From Escherichia phage JS10, in the sequence record EU863409: DNA of 64,000 nucleotides. One strand, given 5' to 3'. How positions within the stretch are numbered: the first letter of the stretch is position 1; each line of letters starts with the position of its first letter. The position numbers and the translations under genes were made by a program. Shown here in pieces: positions 1 through 10,567 of the stretch. The notes below the pieces were generated by a model. It was given only the letters and a program-made list of their open reading frames with translations, was not told where the DNA came from and did no database searches.

Positions 1-777
<777 letters not shown>

Positions 778-806
778 ACAATAAAGCATAACCAAGAGGA
801 TTCAAA

Positions 807-2789
807 ATGGCTTTATTATCACCGGGCATTGAGCTCAAAGAAACGTCCGTACAGAGTACTGTCGTTCGTAACGCAACGGGTCGTGCAGCGCTGGTTGGTA
901 AATTCCAGTGGGGCCCTGCTTTCCAGGTAACTCAGATTACCAATGAAGTTGAACTGGTTGATTTGTTTGGAGGTCCTAATAACGAAGTAGCAGATTACTT
1001 TATGTCTGGTATGAACTTCCTCCAGTATGGTAATGACCTTCGTACAGTTCGTGTCGTTAGTCGCGAATTTGCTAAAAACGCATCTCCTATCGCTGGTAAT
1101 ATTGAAACCACTATTACTACGGCTGGTTCCAACTATGCTGTAGGCGATAAAATTAATATTAAATATAACCAAACTGTAGTCGAATCTGAAGGTCGTGTGA
1201 CTTCTGTAGATACAGACGGTAAAATTCTTTCTGTGTTTATTCCGTCAGCAAAAATTATTGCTTACGCACGTTCTTTAAACCAGTATCCTACCCTAGGCCC
1301 GGCTTGGACTGCTGAAGTTACTTCTGCCTCTTCGGGTGTTTCTGGTACTATTACCGTAGGTAAAATTGTTACGGATTCTGGTATTCTTTTGACCGAAGCC
1401 GAGAATAGTGAAGAAGCTATTACTTCTCTTGAATTCCAAGCGGCCCTTAAGAAATTTGCTATGCCAGGCGTAGTGGCCCTTTATCCTGGTGAAATTGGTT
1501 CTACTCTGGAAGTAGAAATCGTTTCTAAAGCAGCTTATGAAGCTGGTTCTTCTAAAATGTTGGATGTTTATCCTGGCGGCGGTACCCGTGCTTCTATTGC
1601 CAAGGCAGTATTTAATTACGGACCTCAAACAGATGACCAATATGCTATTATCGTTCGTCGTGATGGTGCTATCGTAGAATCCGTCGTACTTTCTACCAAA
1701 GAAGGTGAAAAAGACGTTTACGGTAATAACATTTATCTTGACGATTATTTCGCTAAAGGTACTTCTAATTACATCTATGCTACCTCGTTAAACTGGCCGA
1801 AAGGATTTAGCGGTATCATTAATCTGTCTGGTGGTATTTCCGCTAACGATAAAGTTACTGCAGGTGATTTGATGCAGGGTTGGGATTTGTTTGCTGACCG
1901 TGAAGCACTCCATATTAACCTGCTTATTGCTGGTGCTGTTGCTGGTGAAGGCGATGAAGTGGCTTCTACTGTTCAGAAACACGTTGTGAGTATTGCTGAT
2001 GAACGTCAGGATTGCTTAGCATTTATTTCTCCTCCTAAAGGTCTGTTGGTTAACGTTCCACTGACTCGTGCAGTAGATAACCTTATCGACTGGCGTACCG
2101 GTGCAGGTACTTTCGATGCCAACAACATGAACATCAGTACCACTTATGCCGCTATTGATGGTAACTATAAATATCAATACGACAAATATAACGACGTAAA
2201 CCGTTGGGTACCACTGGCTGCCGATTTGGCTGGTTTGTGTGCACGTACTGATGATGTGTCTCAGCCTTGGATGTCTCCTGCCGGTTATAACCGTGGTCAG
2301 ATTCTTAACGTTCTGAAATTGGCAATTGAACCACGTCAAGCACAACGTGACCGCATGTACCAGGAAGCTATTAACCCAGTTGTTGGTTTTGCTGGTGGTG
2401 ATGGTTTCGTATTGTTTGGTGATAAGACTGCAACTAAAGTTCCATCTCCGATGGACCACATTAACGTTCGCCGTCTGTTCAACATGCTTAAGAAAAATAT
2501 CGGTGATGCCTCTAAATATAAACTGTTTGAATTGAACGATAACTTCACTCGTTCAAGCTTCCGTATGGAAGTTTCTCAGTACTTAGACGGTATTAAGGCA
2601 CTTGGTGGGATTTATGAAGGACGTGTGGTTTGTGATACTACAGTGAACACCCCTGCGGTTATCGACCGTAATGAGTTTATTGCTAATATCTATGTTAAAC
2701 CTGCTCGTTCTATTAACTACATCACGTTGAACTTCGTTGCAACGAGCACTGGTGCTGATTTTGATGAATTGATTGGACCTTTAGTATAA
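807..2789 (+). CDS. 18: tail sheath protein gp18
   Basis: 660 aa (T4 gp18 about 659 aa); gene order 17-18-19; RBS AAGAGGA upstream. Confidence 0.9.
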   Translation: MALLSPGIELKETSVQSTVVRNATGRAALVGKFQWGPAFQVTQITNEVELVDLFGGPNNEVADYFMSGMNFLQYGNDLRTVRVVSREFAKNASPIAGNIETTITTAGSNYAVGDKINIKYNQTVVESEGRVTSVDTDGKILSVFIPSAKIIAYARSLNQYPTLGPAWTAEVTSASSGVSGTITVGKIVTDSGILLTEAENSEEAITSLEFQAALKKFAMPGVVALYPGEIGSTLEVEIVSKAAYEAGSSKMLDVYPGGGTRASIAKAVFNYGPQTDDQYAIIVRRDGAIVESVVLSTKEGEKDVYGNNIYLDDYFAKGTSNYIYATSLNWPKGFSGIINLSGGISANDKVTAGDLMQGWDLFADREALHINLLIAGAVAGEGDEVASTVQKHVVSIADERQDCLAFISPPKGLLVNVPLTRAVDNLIDWRTGAGTFDANNMNISTTYAAIDGNYKYQYDKYNDVNRWVPLAADLAGLCARTDDVSQPWMSPAGYNRGQILNVLKLAIEPRQAQRDRMYQEAINPVVGFAGGDGFVLFGDKTATKVPSPMDHINVRRLFNMLKKNIGDASKYKLFELNDNFTRSSFRMEVSQYLDGIKALGGIYEGRVVCDTTVNTPAVIDRNEFIANIYVKPARSINYITLNFVATSTGADFDELIGPLV

Positions 2790-2914
2790 TCTATTATCCC
2801 AGGCTGTAATATAAAGAACCTAAAACCATTATACCATGTGTTTGGTTACAGCGTACATCACGTAGAATTGCGCCTGGGAGTGATTAACTATAAGGAATAT
2901 GATTTATCAACTGT

Positions 2915-2922
2915 TATAAATA
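2915..2922 (+). promoter_or_regulatory. late promoter box TATAAATA for gene 19
   Basis: exact TATAAATA upstream of gene 19. Confidence 0.5.
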
Positions 2923-2974
2923 AATTAATCAGAACGTTCCTGGTGTGGCCAGGAACTGACTTATGAGGCATCCC

Positions 2975-3466
2975 ATGGAGTTGACAGATATCACTCGTGC
3001 GTTTGAGTCAGGTGACTTTGCACGCCCTAACCTTTTCGAAGTGGAAATTCCATTTCTTGGTAAAAACTTTAGCTTTAAATGTAAAGCAGCACCTATGCCG
3101 GCAGGCATTGTAGAAAAAGTACCGGTTGGCTACATGAACCGTAAAATTAACGTAGCTGGCGACCGTACGTTTGATGATTGGACCATTACCATTTATAACG
3201 ATGACGCCCATGACACCCGTCAGGCAATTGTTGATTGGCAAAACCTCTGCCATGGTATGACCAATGAAATTACAGGTGCAGCACCTGCAGAATATAAGAA
3301 ACAAGCAGTTGTTCGTCAGTTCCATCGTGACGGTAAAACTGTGACTAAAGAAGTTACAATTTATGGCTTATGGCCTACTAACGTTGGTGAAGTCCAGATG
3401 GATTGGGATTCTAACAACGAAGTTGAAACGTTTGAAAGTACGTTCGCTATCGATTGGTGGGAATGA
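2975..3466 (+). CDS. 19: tail tube protein gp19
   Basis: ORF 2963..3466; second ATG (2975) has a GAGG RBS and gives 163 aa; sequence recalls T4 gp19 (TRAFESGDFARPNLF..., C-terminal WPTNVGE...DWDSNNE). Confidence 0.9.
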   Translation: MELTDITRAFESGDFARPNLFEVEIPFLGKNFSFKCKAAPMPAGIVEKVPVGYMNRKINVAGDRTFDDWTITIYNDDAHDTRQAIVDWQNLCHGMTNEITGAAPAEYKKQAVVRQFHRDGKTVTKEVTIYGLWPTNVGEVQMDWDSNNEVETFESTFAIDWWE

Positions 3467-3467
3467 G

Positions 3468-3475
3468 TATAAATA
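3468..3475 (+). promoter_or_regulatory. late promoter box TATAAATA for gene 20
   Basis: exact TATAAATA; followed by hairpin AGGAGC-TTCG-GCTCCT (3485..3500) before the gene 20 ATG. Confidence 0.5.
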
Positions 3476-3523
3476 GAATTATAAAGGAGCTTCGGCTCCT
3501 TATCCCATTCATCGGAGACTCTA

Positions 3524-5101
3524 ATGGCAAACTTTAATACAATATTAAGTTTTCTTAAGCCATGGGCTAATGAAGACGAAAAAGAATATAAACAACAATT
3601 AAATAACAATTTAGAGTCTGTCACTGCACCTAAGCTTGATGATGGCGCTCGCGAAATTGAAACCCAAGAGCAAAATATTCCTTATAACGCTCTTATGCAA
3701 CAAATGTTTGGTAGTAATGAGCCTGAAGTTAAAAACACCAGGGAACTCATTGATACCTACCGTAATTTGATGAACAACTATGAAGTCGATAACGCAGTTC
3801 AAGAAATTGTGTCTGACGCTATTGTCTACGAGGATGATAAAGAAGTAGTTGCATTAAATTTAGACGGGACAGATTTCAGTCAATCAATTAAAGATAAAAT
3901 TTTGGCTGAATTTAGTGAAGTTTTGAATCTTTTAAATTTCCAACGTAAAGGCACCGACCATTTCCAACGTTGGTATGTAGACTCGAGAATATTCTTTCAT
4001 AAAATTATAAACCCTAAAAAAATGAAAGATGGCGTACAAGAGCTTCGACGCTTAGACCCGCGCCAAGTCCAATATATTCGTGAAATTGTTACACGTATGG
4101 AAGATGGTGTTAAAATTGTAGATGGGTACCGCGAGTTTTTCGTTTACGATACTGGTCATGAAAGTTATTGTGCTGATGGACGCATTTATTCAGCTGGGAC
4201 TAAAGTTAAAATTCCTCGTGCTGCTGTAGTTTATGCACATTCTGGGTTATTGGATTGTTGTGGTAAAAACATCATTGGCTATTTGCAACGTGCTATTAAG
4301 CCTGCAAACCAGCTTAAATTGATGGAAGATGCAATGGTCATCTATCGTATTACCCGTGCTCCTGACCGTCGTGTATTTTATATCGATACAGGAAATATGC
4401 CTTCTCGTAAGGCTGCAGCACAAATGCAACATATCATGAACACGATGAAAAACCGTGTGGTATATGATGCTTCGACCGGTAAAATTAAAAACCAGCAACA
4501 TAATATGTCAATGACCGAAGACTATTGGTTGCAACGTCGAGACGGTAAAGCGGTAACAGAAGTTGATACCATGCCTGGTGCCACAGGTATGAGTGATATG
4601 GATGACGTTCTTTATTTCCGCACAGCACTTTATCGTGCGCTGCGTATCCCAGAGTCACGTATCCCTAGTGAATCCAATTCCGGTGTTATGTTTGATGCTG
4701 GTACGGCTATAACTCGTGATGAGTTGAAATTTGCTAAATGGATTCGACAGCTCCAAAATAAATTTGAAGAAATTTTCTTAGACCCATTAAAAACAAACCT
4801 CATTCTTAAAAAGATTATTACAGAAGATGAGTGGGAAAGAGAAATAAATAATATTAAAGTTACGTTCAACCGTGATAGCTATTTCAGTGAAATGAAAGAT
4901 GCGGAAATCATGGAACGCAGAATCAATATGCTAACGATGGCTGAACCATTTATTGGTAAGTATATTTCACATCAAACGGCTATGAAAGATTTCCTTCAGA
5001 TGACTGACGAAGAAATTAATCAAGAAGCTAAGCAAATTGAAGAAGAGTCTAAAGAGGCTCGTTTCCAAAACCCAGATGAAGAAGAAGAAGAGGATTTCTA
5101 A
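3524..5101 (+). CDS. 20: portal vertex protein gp20
   Basis: 525 aa, position between 19 and 67; acidic C-terminus ending EEEEEDF. Confidence 0.9.
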   Translation: MANFNTILSFLKPWANEDEKEYKQQLNNNLESVTAPKLDDGAREIETQEQNIPYNALMQQMFGSNEPEVKNTRELIDTYRNLMNNYEVDNAVQEIVSDAIVYEDDKEVVALNLDGTDFSQSIKDKILAEFSEVLNLLNFQRKGTDHFQRWYVDSRIFFHKIINPKKMKDGVQELRRLDPRQVQYIREIVTRMEDGVKIVDGYREFFVYDTGHESYCADGRIYSAGTKVKIPRAAVVYAHSGLLDCCGKNIIGYLQRAIKPANQLKLMEDAMVIYRITRAPDRRVFYIDTGNMPSRKAAAQMQHIMNTMKNRVVYDASTGKIKNQQHNMSMTEDYWLQRRDGKAVTEVDTMPGATGMSDMDDVLYFRTALYRALRIPESRIPSESNSGVMFDAGTAITRDELKFAKWIRQLQNKFEEIFLDPLKTNLILKKIITEDEWEREINNIKVTFNRDSYFSEMKDAEIMERRINMLTMAEPFIGKYISHQTAMKDFLQMTDEEINQEAKQIEEESKEARFQNPDEEEEEDF

Positions 5102-5376
5102 TGGAAGATTTAATCGAAGCTATTAAATCAAACGACCTCGTAGCAGTTCGTAAAGCAGCAGGCCCGCTTATCGAATCTCGAGTAGCCGCTTTGATTGAAG
5201 CCCGTAAAGCAGAAATTGCTCGCTCCGTTATGATTGAAGGCGAAGAAGCCGATAAAGATGACGAAGACGAAGATAAAGACGAAAAATCCGATAAAGCAGA
5301 TAAGAAAGACAAAAAAGAATCTGACGATGCGGATGAAGGTGATGACGACGATGATGACGACGAGGACGACGAATAA
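5101..5376 (+). CDS. 67: prohead core protein gp67 (polyacidic C-terminus)
   Basis: 91 aa, start overlaps gene 20 stop (TAATG); D/E-rich tail; position as in T4. Confidence 0.6.
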   Translation: MEDLIEAIKSNDLVAVRKAAGPLIESRVAALIEARKAEIARSVMIEGEEADKDDEDEDKDEKSDKADKKDKKESDDADEGDDDDDDDEDDE

Positions 5377-5804
5377 TGTTCCTTATCCCTGATGATTACG
5401 AATTAACTCTAGAAAGCGTAGAGGCCAAAATTCCAGAAGCACAGGGACGTTTTGCTACTCTTTCTGAAGCCCTCGAGAAAAGCGATATAAATAATCTTGT
5501 AGAGAACATGATTGCTGATGGTGATATCGATACAGCTATTGCCATTGCCTCTTTGAATGAAAATATGGCTCTTAACGAATTTATCGTTAAGCATGTCTCT
5601 TCTAAAGGTGAGCTTACTCGTACTAAAGATATTAAAACCCGTCAACGCAACGCTTATCAAACGACTGGGTTGTCTAAAGCAAAACGCCGTCAGATTGCTC
5701 GCAAAGCGTCTAAAACCAAACGTGCTAACCCGTCTACTCAAGTACGTGCTGAACGTAAGCGTAAGAAAGCTCGTTCTAAACGTAAAGCCTTTGGACTTAA
5801 CTAA
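5376..5804 (+). CDS. 68: prohead core protein gp68
   Basis: 142 aa (T4 gp68 about 141 aa); basic C-terminus; position between 67 and 21. Confidence 0.6.
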   Translation: MFLIPDDYELTLESVEAKIPEAQGRFATLSEALEKSDINNLVENMIADGDIDTAIAIASLNENMALNEFIVKHVSSKGELTRTKDIKTRQRNAYQTTGLSKAKRRQIARKASKTKRANPSTQVRAERKRKKARSKRKAFGLN

Positions 5805-6439
5805 TGAAACCTGAATTGCTCATCGAACATTGGGGACAACCAGGTGAAATTATCGATGGGGTTCCGATGTTGGAATCTCATGATGGAAAAGATTCTGGAC
5901 TTGCCCCGGGCCTTTATATAGAAGGCATATTCATGCAAGCCGAAGTGGTTAACCGTAATAAACGCCTTTATCCAAAACCTATTTTGGAAAAAGCTGTTGC
6001 TGATTATATGGCAGAACAGGTTGCTACTAAACAAGCTTTAGGAGAATTAAATCATCCGCCTCGTGCTAACGTCGACCCTATGCAAGCCGCTATTATTATT
6101 GAAGATATGTGGTGGAAAGGTAATGACGTTTATGGACGTGCTCGTATTATTGAAGGCGACCATGGTCCTGGTGATAAACTAGCTGCTAATATTAGAGCCG
6201 GTTGGGTGCCTGGTGTTAGTTCTCGTGGTCTAGGTTCTTTAACCGAAACCAATAAAGGATATAAGCGTGTAAACGAAGGTTATAAATTAACCGTCGGTGT
6301 TGATGCAGTATGGGGTCCATCTGCTCCTGATGCTTATGTAACTCCTAAACAAATTACAGAATCACAAACGGTAGATACCGATACCAGTGCCGATGACGCC
6401 TTTATGGCTCTCGCAGAGGCCATGAAAAAAGCGTTATAA
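5804..6439 (+). CDS. 21: prohead core scaffold protease gp21
   Basis: 211 aa; N-terminus LLIEHWGQPGEIIDGVPMLESHDGKD matches T4 gp21. Confidence 0.9.
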   Translation: MKPELLIEHWGQPGEIIDGVPMLESHDGKDSGLAPGLYIEGIFMQAEVVNRNKRLYPKPILEKAVADYMAEQVATKQALGELNHPPRANVDPMQAAIIIEDMWWKGNDVYGRARIIEGDHGPGDKLAANIRAGWVPGVSSRGLGSLTETNKGYKRVNEGYKLTVGVDAVWGPSAPDAYVTPKQITESQTVDTDTSADDAFMALAEAMKKAL

Positions 6440-6442
6440 ATA
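6435..6442 (+). promoter_or_regulatory. late promoter box TATAAATA for gene 22
   Basis: exact TATAAATA about 28 bp upstream of the gene 22 ATG. Confidence 0.5.
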
Positions 6443-6469
6443 TTATTATCTAAACAACAGGACTACAAA

Positions 6470-7285
6470 ATGCTTAAAGAACAACTGATTGCCGAAGCAC
6501 AGAATATTGATGCTTCCGTTGCTCTTGACAGTATTTTCGAATCAGTTAATATTTCTCCGGAAGCAAAAGAAACTTTCGGCACTGTATTCGAAGCTACCGT
6601 CAAGCAACACGCCGTTAAACTGGCTGAGTCTCATATCGCTAAAATCGCTGAAAAAGCGGAAGAAGAAGTTGAGAAAAATAAAGAAGAAGCTGAAGAAAAA
6701 GCTGATAAGAAAATCCAAGAAGCTGCCGGTCGTTTCCTTGACCACGTCGCTAAAGAATGGATGGCTGAAAACCAGCTGGCTGTTGATAAAGGTATTAAAG
6801 CCGAACTGTTCGAATCCATGTTGATGGGTATGAAAGAACTGTTTGTTGAACACAATGTGGTTGTTCCAGAAGAAGCAGTGGATGTTGTTGCTGAAATGGA
6901 AGAAGAACTCCAAGAGCAGAAAGATGAAACCGCTCGTCTGTTCGAAGAAGTTGGTAAGCGTGACGCATATATTAATTACGTACAGCGTGAAGTTGCGTTG
7001 ACTGAAGCAACTAAAGACCTGACTGAATCTCAGAAAGAAAAAGTTAGTTCTCTGGTAGAAGGCATGGATTATTCCGATGCATTTGGTAAAAAAATTGGCG
7101 CTATCGTTGAAATGGTTAAAGGCCAGACTGACGTTGAAAAACCAATCACCGAAGCCGCTATAAATAAAACTGAAGACGATGCTGCAGCACTGAATTATAT
7201 TTCGGAAGCAGTTGAAGAAAAAGGCACTAAGCCTACCCTGTCCTTCGCGGACCTGTCTGCAATCGCAGCATCTCGAATTTCTTAA
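6470..7285 (+). CDS. 22: prohead core scaffold protein gp22
   Basis: 271 aa, E/K-rich coiled-coil-like composition, position between 21 and 23. Confidence 0.85.
   Translation: MLKEQLIAEAQNIDASVALDSIFESVNISPEAKETFGTVFEATVKQHAVKLAESHIAKIAEKAEEEVEKNKEEAEEKADKKIQEAAGRFLDHVAKEWMAENQLAVDKGIKAELFESMLMGMKELFVEHNVVVPEEAVDVVAEMEEELQEQKDETARLFEEVGKRDAYINYVQREVALTEATKDLTESQKEKVSSLVEGMDYSDAFGKKIGAIVEMVKGQTDVEKPITEAAINKTEDDAAALNYISEAVEEKGTKPTLSFADLSAIAASRIS
7159..7166 (+). promoter_or_regulatory. candidate late promoter box TATAAATA inside the 3' end of gene 22, upstream of gene 23
   Basis: exact TATAAATA about 140 bp upstream of the gene 23 ATG. Confidence 0.3.
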
Positions 7286-7306
7286 TTTAATAAGGTTATA
7301 CAACAC

Positions 7307-8866
7307 ATGAAAAAGAATGCATTAGTTCAAAAATGGTCCGCTCTGCTGGAAAACGAAGCTCTTCCTGAAATCGTTGGTGCTTCTAAACAAGCTATCATCG
7401 CTAAAATTTTCGAAAACCAGGAACAAGACATCCTGACTGCCCCGGAATACCGTGACGAAAAAATCTCTGAAGCATTTGGTTCTTTCCTGACCGAAGCTGA
7501 AATCGGTGGTGACCACGGTTATGATGCTACCAATATCGCAGCTGGCCAGACCTCTGGTGCTGTAACTCAGATTGGGCCGGCAGTAATGGGTATGGTTCGT
7601 CGTGCTATTCCTCATCTGATTGCTTTTGATATTTGTGGTGTTCAGCCTCTGAATAACCCTACCGGCCAGGTATTTGCACTGCGTGCAGTATACGGTAAAG
7701 ACCCTATCGCTGCTGGCGCTAAAGAAGCTTTCCACCCGATGTATGCTCCGAATGCTATGTTCTCTGGTCAGGGCGCTGCTCAGACTTTTGAAGCACTGGC
7801 TGCAGGTAAAGTTCTGGAAGTTGGTAAAATTTATTCTCACTTCTTCGAAGCTACCGGTGCTGCACACTTCCAGGCTGTTGAAGCCGTAACCGTTGATGCT
7901 GCTGCTACTGATGCCGCTAAACTGGATGTTGCCGTAACCGCTCTGTTGGAAGCTGGTCAGCTGGCTGAATTGGCTGAAGGTATGGCTACTTCTATCGCTG
8001 AACTTCAGGAAGGCTTTAACGGTTCTCAGGATAACCCGTGGAACGAAATGGGCTTCCGTATCGATAAACAAGTTATCGAAGCTAAATCCCGTCAGCTGAA
8101 AGCAAGCTACTCCATCGAACTGGCACAGGACCTTCGTGCAGTACACGGTATGGATGCAGATGCTGAACTGTCCGGTATCCTTGCTACCGAAATTATGCTC
8201 GAAATCAACCGTGAAGTTATCGATTGGATTAACTACTCTGCACAGGTTGGTAAATCTGGTATGACCAACACCGTTGGCGCTAAAGCTGGTGTGTTTGACT
8301 TCCAGGACCCGATTGATATCCGTGGTGCTCGTTGGGCCGGTGAGAGCTTTAAAGCCCTTCTGTTCCAGATTGATAAAGAAGCAGCCGAAATCGCTCGTCA
8401 GACCGGTCGTGGTGCTGGTAACTTCATCATCGCTTCCCGTAACGTAGTTAACGTACTGGCTGCAGTTGATACTTCTGTAAGTTATGCAGCTCAAGGTCTG
8501 GGTCAAGGTTTCAACGTTGACACCACTAAAGCAGTATTTGCCGGTGTTCTTGGTGGTAAATATCGCGTTTACATCGACCAGTATGCCCGTGCTGATTACT
8601 TCACCATCGGTTATAAAGGTTCCAACGAAATGGACGCAGGTATCTACTACGCTCCTTACGTTGCACTTACCCCACTGCGCGGTTCCGATCCGAAGAACTT
8701 CCAGCCGGTAATGGGCTTCAAAACTCGTTACGGTATCGGTATTAACCCGTTCGCTGACCCGTCTGCACAGGCTCCTACCAAACGTATTCAGAGCGGTATG
8801 CCTGACATCGTTAACAGCCTCGGTCTGAATGGTTACTTCCGTCGCGTTTATGTTAAAGGTATCTAA
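7307..8866 (+). CDS. 23: major capsid protein gp23
   Basis: 519 aa; long stretches match T4 gp23 as recalled (QAIIAKIFENQE, GSFLTEAEIGGDHGY, YAPYVALTPLRGSDPKNFQPVMGFKTRYGIGINPFA, YFRRVYVKGI). Confidence 0.97.
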   Translation: MKKNALVQKWSALLENEALPEIVGASKQAIIAKIFENQEQDILTAPEYRDEKISEAFGSFLTEAEIGGDHGYDATNIAAGQTSGAVTQIGPAVMGMVRRAIPHLIAFDICGVQPLNNPTGQVFALRAVYGKDPIAAGAKEAFHPMYAPNAMFSGQGAAQTFEALAAGKVLEVGKIYSHFFEATGAAHFQAVEAVTVDAAATDAAKLDVAVTALLEAGQLAELAEGMATSIAELQEGFNGSQDNPWNEMGFRIDKQVIEAKSRQLKASYSIELAQDLRAVHGMDADAELSGILATEIMLEINREVIDWINYSAQVGKSGMTNTVGAKAGVFDFQDPIDIRGARWAGESFKALLFQIDKEAAEIARQTGRGAGNFIIASRNVVNVLAAVDTSVSYAAQGLGQGFNVDTTKAVFAGVLGGKYRVYIDQYARADYFTIGYKGSNEMDAGIYYAPYVALTPLRGSDPKNFQPVMGFKTRYGIGINPFADPSAQAPTKRIQSGMPDIVNSLGLNGYFRRVYVKGI

Positions 8867-8880
8867 TACCTAACCTTATT

Positions 8881-8902
8881 ATGGGAGACTTCGGTCTCCC
8901 AT
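8881..8902. terminator. hairpin GGGAGAC-TTCG-GTCTCCC between gene 23 and a convergent small ORF
   Basis: perfect 7-9 bp GC-rich stem, TTCG loop, T-rich tract after it on the plus strand. Confidence 0.6.
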
Positions 8903-8915
8903 TCTTGTTTCTGTA

Positions 8916-9182
8916 CTATGCAATCTTAACTCGACGGTTGATGATATCACGGAAGTCAATACGATTTTCTTGGATTTTCAGCCAGTTACCAGATTTGTCT
9001 TTGGTGTGGGTAGAGTATTCACCGTTCCACCAGAAGTCGGTTTCATAAGCCAGAGCTTCGTATTTCTTAACCAATGCATTAACTGCATTACCGTTAGGAT
9101 TGGTACCAAATTTTTCTACCAGAGCTTTGATGTCTTTGTCAAGGTTAGAAAGCGTGGTACGGATAAAGTTTAATTTGTTCAT
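8916..9182 (-). CDS. hypothetical 88-aa early protein in the 23/24 intergenic slot
   Basis: ORF 8916..9197; internal ATG at 9182 preceded by AGGAGA RBS and an early-promoter cassette. Confidence 0.5.
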   Translation of the reverse strand: MNKLNFIRTTLSNLDKDIKALVEKFGTNPNGNAVNALVKKYEALAYETDFWWNGEYSTHTKDKSGNWLKIQENRIDFRDIINRRVKIA

Positions 9183-9192
9183 TTTTAATCTC

Positions 9193-9241
9193 CTCATGTT
9201 TTGATAGGTCTATAGTAACACGTGGGAACCTTGCTGTAAAC
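9193..9241 (-). promoter_or_regulatory. early promoter cassette copy 1 (GTTTACA-N17-TACTATAGACCTATCAA...ATGAGGAG)
   Basis: read on the minus strand; drives the 88-aa ORF. Confidence 0.55.
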
Positions 9242-9247
9242 AACTTT

Positions 9248-9255
9248 TATAAATA
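9248..9255 (+). promoter_or_regulatory. late promoter box TATAAATA for gene 24
   Basis: exact TATAAATA about 29 bp upstream of the gene 24 ATG. Confidence 0.55.
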
Positions 9256-9283
9256 AACATATACCCTCAATAAGGAAAGCGCA

Positions 9284-10567
9284 ATGGCAAAGATTAACGA
9301 ATTACTGCGCGAGTCAACAACTACTACCAGCAACTCATTGGGTCGCCCTAATCTTGTTGCTTTGACCCGTGCTACCACTAAACTAATTTATCGCGATATC
9401 ATCGCTGAACAACGTACTAGTCAGCCTATTGCTGCATTGTATGGTGTCAAATATCTTACCCCTGATAATGAATTCAGTTTCCAAACTGGTGCTGTTTATG
9501 GTGGTGAAGTTGGTTCTAAAGACCGTGAAACTATCCCGGAACTCACAGATAAAGCCCAGGCGATTGCCAAGGGTGACTACTTTAAGTATCAGAATGTGGT
9601 TTATAAGGCTCTTCAAGCAAGCCCACTCGCATCCACTAGCGCTACAGGATTGGCCGATGCTCTTCAAGAAGGTTTGGTGTCATTAACATGTCGTCTGGTT
9701 CCTGATGCAGCCCATACCACTAAATTCGAAGCGAGTAATGTAGAAATCTCTGATGCTGTATTCCAGGTTAATAAATGGAATGCTCCTGTTAAGACCCGTA
9801 AATTGAAGACTGCTTTGACTGTAGAATTGGCACAGGATATGGAATCAAATGGCTTCGACGCCCCTGCATTCTTAGAAGACCTCCTGGCTACAGTAATGGC
9901 AGATGAAATTAATAAAGACGTTCTGCAATCTCTGATAACCGTATCTAAACGCTATAAAGTTACCGGTGTATCTGATAATGGCATCATCGATTTGACTTAT
10001 GATAGTGCTCCGGAATCTGCCCGTAAACTTTATGAAATTGTCTGTGAGATGAATTCTGAAATCCAGAAAACTACTTCTTATTCTGGTACGTTTGTTGTGG
10101 CTTCAAGTCGTGTGGCTGCAATGCTTGCAGGTTCTGGCTGGTTAAAACATAGACCTGAAGATAATAATTGGCTCCCGGAAACTGCCTATGGTTATTTGTT
10201 GAATGGATTACCACTGTTCTGTGACGTTAACAGCCCATTGGATTATGTTATCGTAGGTGTTAAAGAGAACTATGGTGGTAATGAAGTTGTCGGTTCTATT
10301 TTCTATGCCCCATATACAGAAGGCCTGGATTTAGACGACCCAGAACACGTTGGTGCTTATAAGGTTATTGTCGACCCGGATTCATTACAGCCTTCTATTT
10401 CTCTGATGGTTCGTTATGCACTTTCGGCTAACCCATACACCGTAGCTAAAGACGACAAAGAAGCTCGTATTATCGACGCAACCAATATGGATTTAATGGC
10501 GGGCCAGAGTAATATGTCTTATCTGCTTGGTGTTAAACTTCCAGCAATTATTTACGAGGCTGATTAA
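9284..10567 (+). CDS. 24: capsid vertex protein gp24 (copy 1)
   Basis: 427 aa (same length as T4 gp24); gp23-like fold signatures (ELAQD, YYAPY); position after 23. Confidence 0.9.
   Translation: MAKINELLRESTTTTSNSLGRPNLVALTRATTKLIYRDIIAEQRTSQPIAALYGVKYLTPDNEFSFQTGAVYGGEVGSKDRETIPELTDKAQAIAKGDYFKYQNVVYKALQASPLASTSATGLADALQEGLVSLTCRLVPDAAHTTKFEASNVEISDAVFQVNKWNAPVKTRKLKTALTVELAQDMESNGFDAPAFLEDLLATVMADEINKDVLQSLITVSKRYKVTGVSDNGIIDLTYDSAPESARKLYEIVCEMNSEIQKTTSYSGTFVVASSRVAAMLAGSGWLKHRPEDNNWLPETAYGYLLNGLPLFCDVNSPLDYVIVGVKENYGGNEVVGSIFYAPYTEGLDLDDPEHVGAYKVIVDPDSLQPSISLMVRYALSANPYTVAKDDKEARIIDATNMDLMAGQSNMSYLLGVKLPAIIYEAD

Noticed and set aside
819-2548. Several 60-150-aa antisense or alternate-frame ORFs inside gene 18
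   Set aside because: All nested in the tail sheath gene with no RBS; explained by the long open frame on the other strand.
2801-2878. Long-range inverted repeat CCCAGGC ... GCCTGGG between genes 18 and 19
   Set aside because: Arms are about 65 nt apart with an AT-rich interior; too weak to call a terminator or structured element without folding.
6542-7306. 254-aa minus-strand ORF and 111-aa plus-strand alternative frame within gene 22
   Set aside because: Low-complexity, Phe/Lys-rich translations produced by the codon-biased, repetitive gp22 sequence; no independent start signals.
7322-8506. 394-aa minus-strand ORF antisense to gene 23
   Set aside because: Lies entirely inside the highly conserved major capsid gene on the opposite strand, with no RBS or promoter; a shadow ORF.
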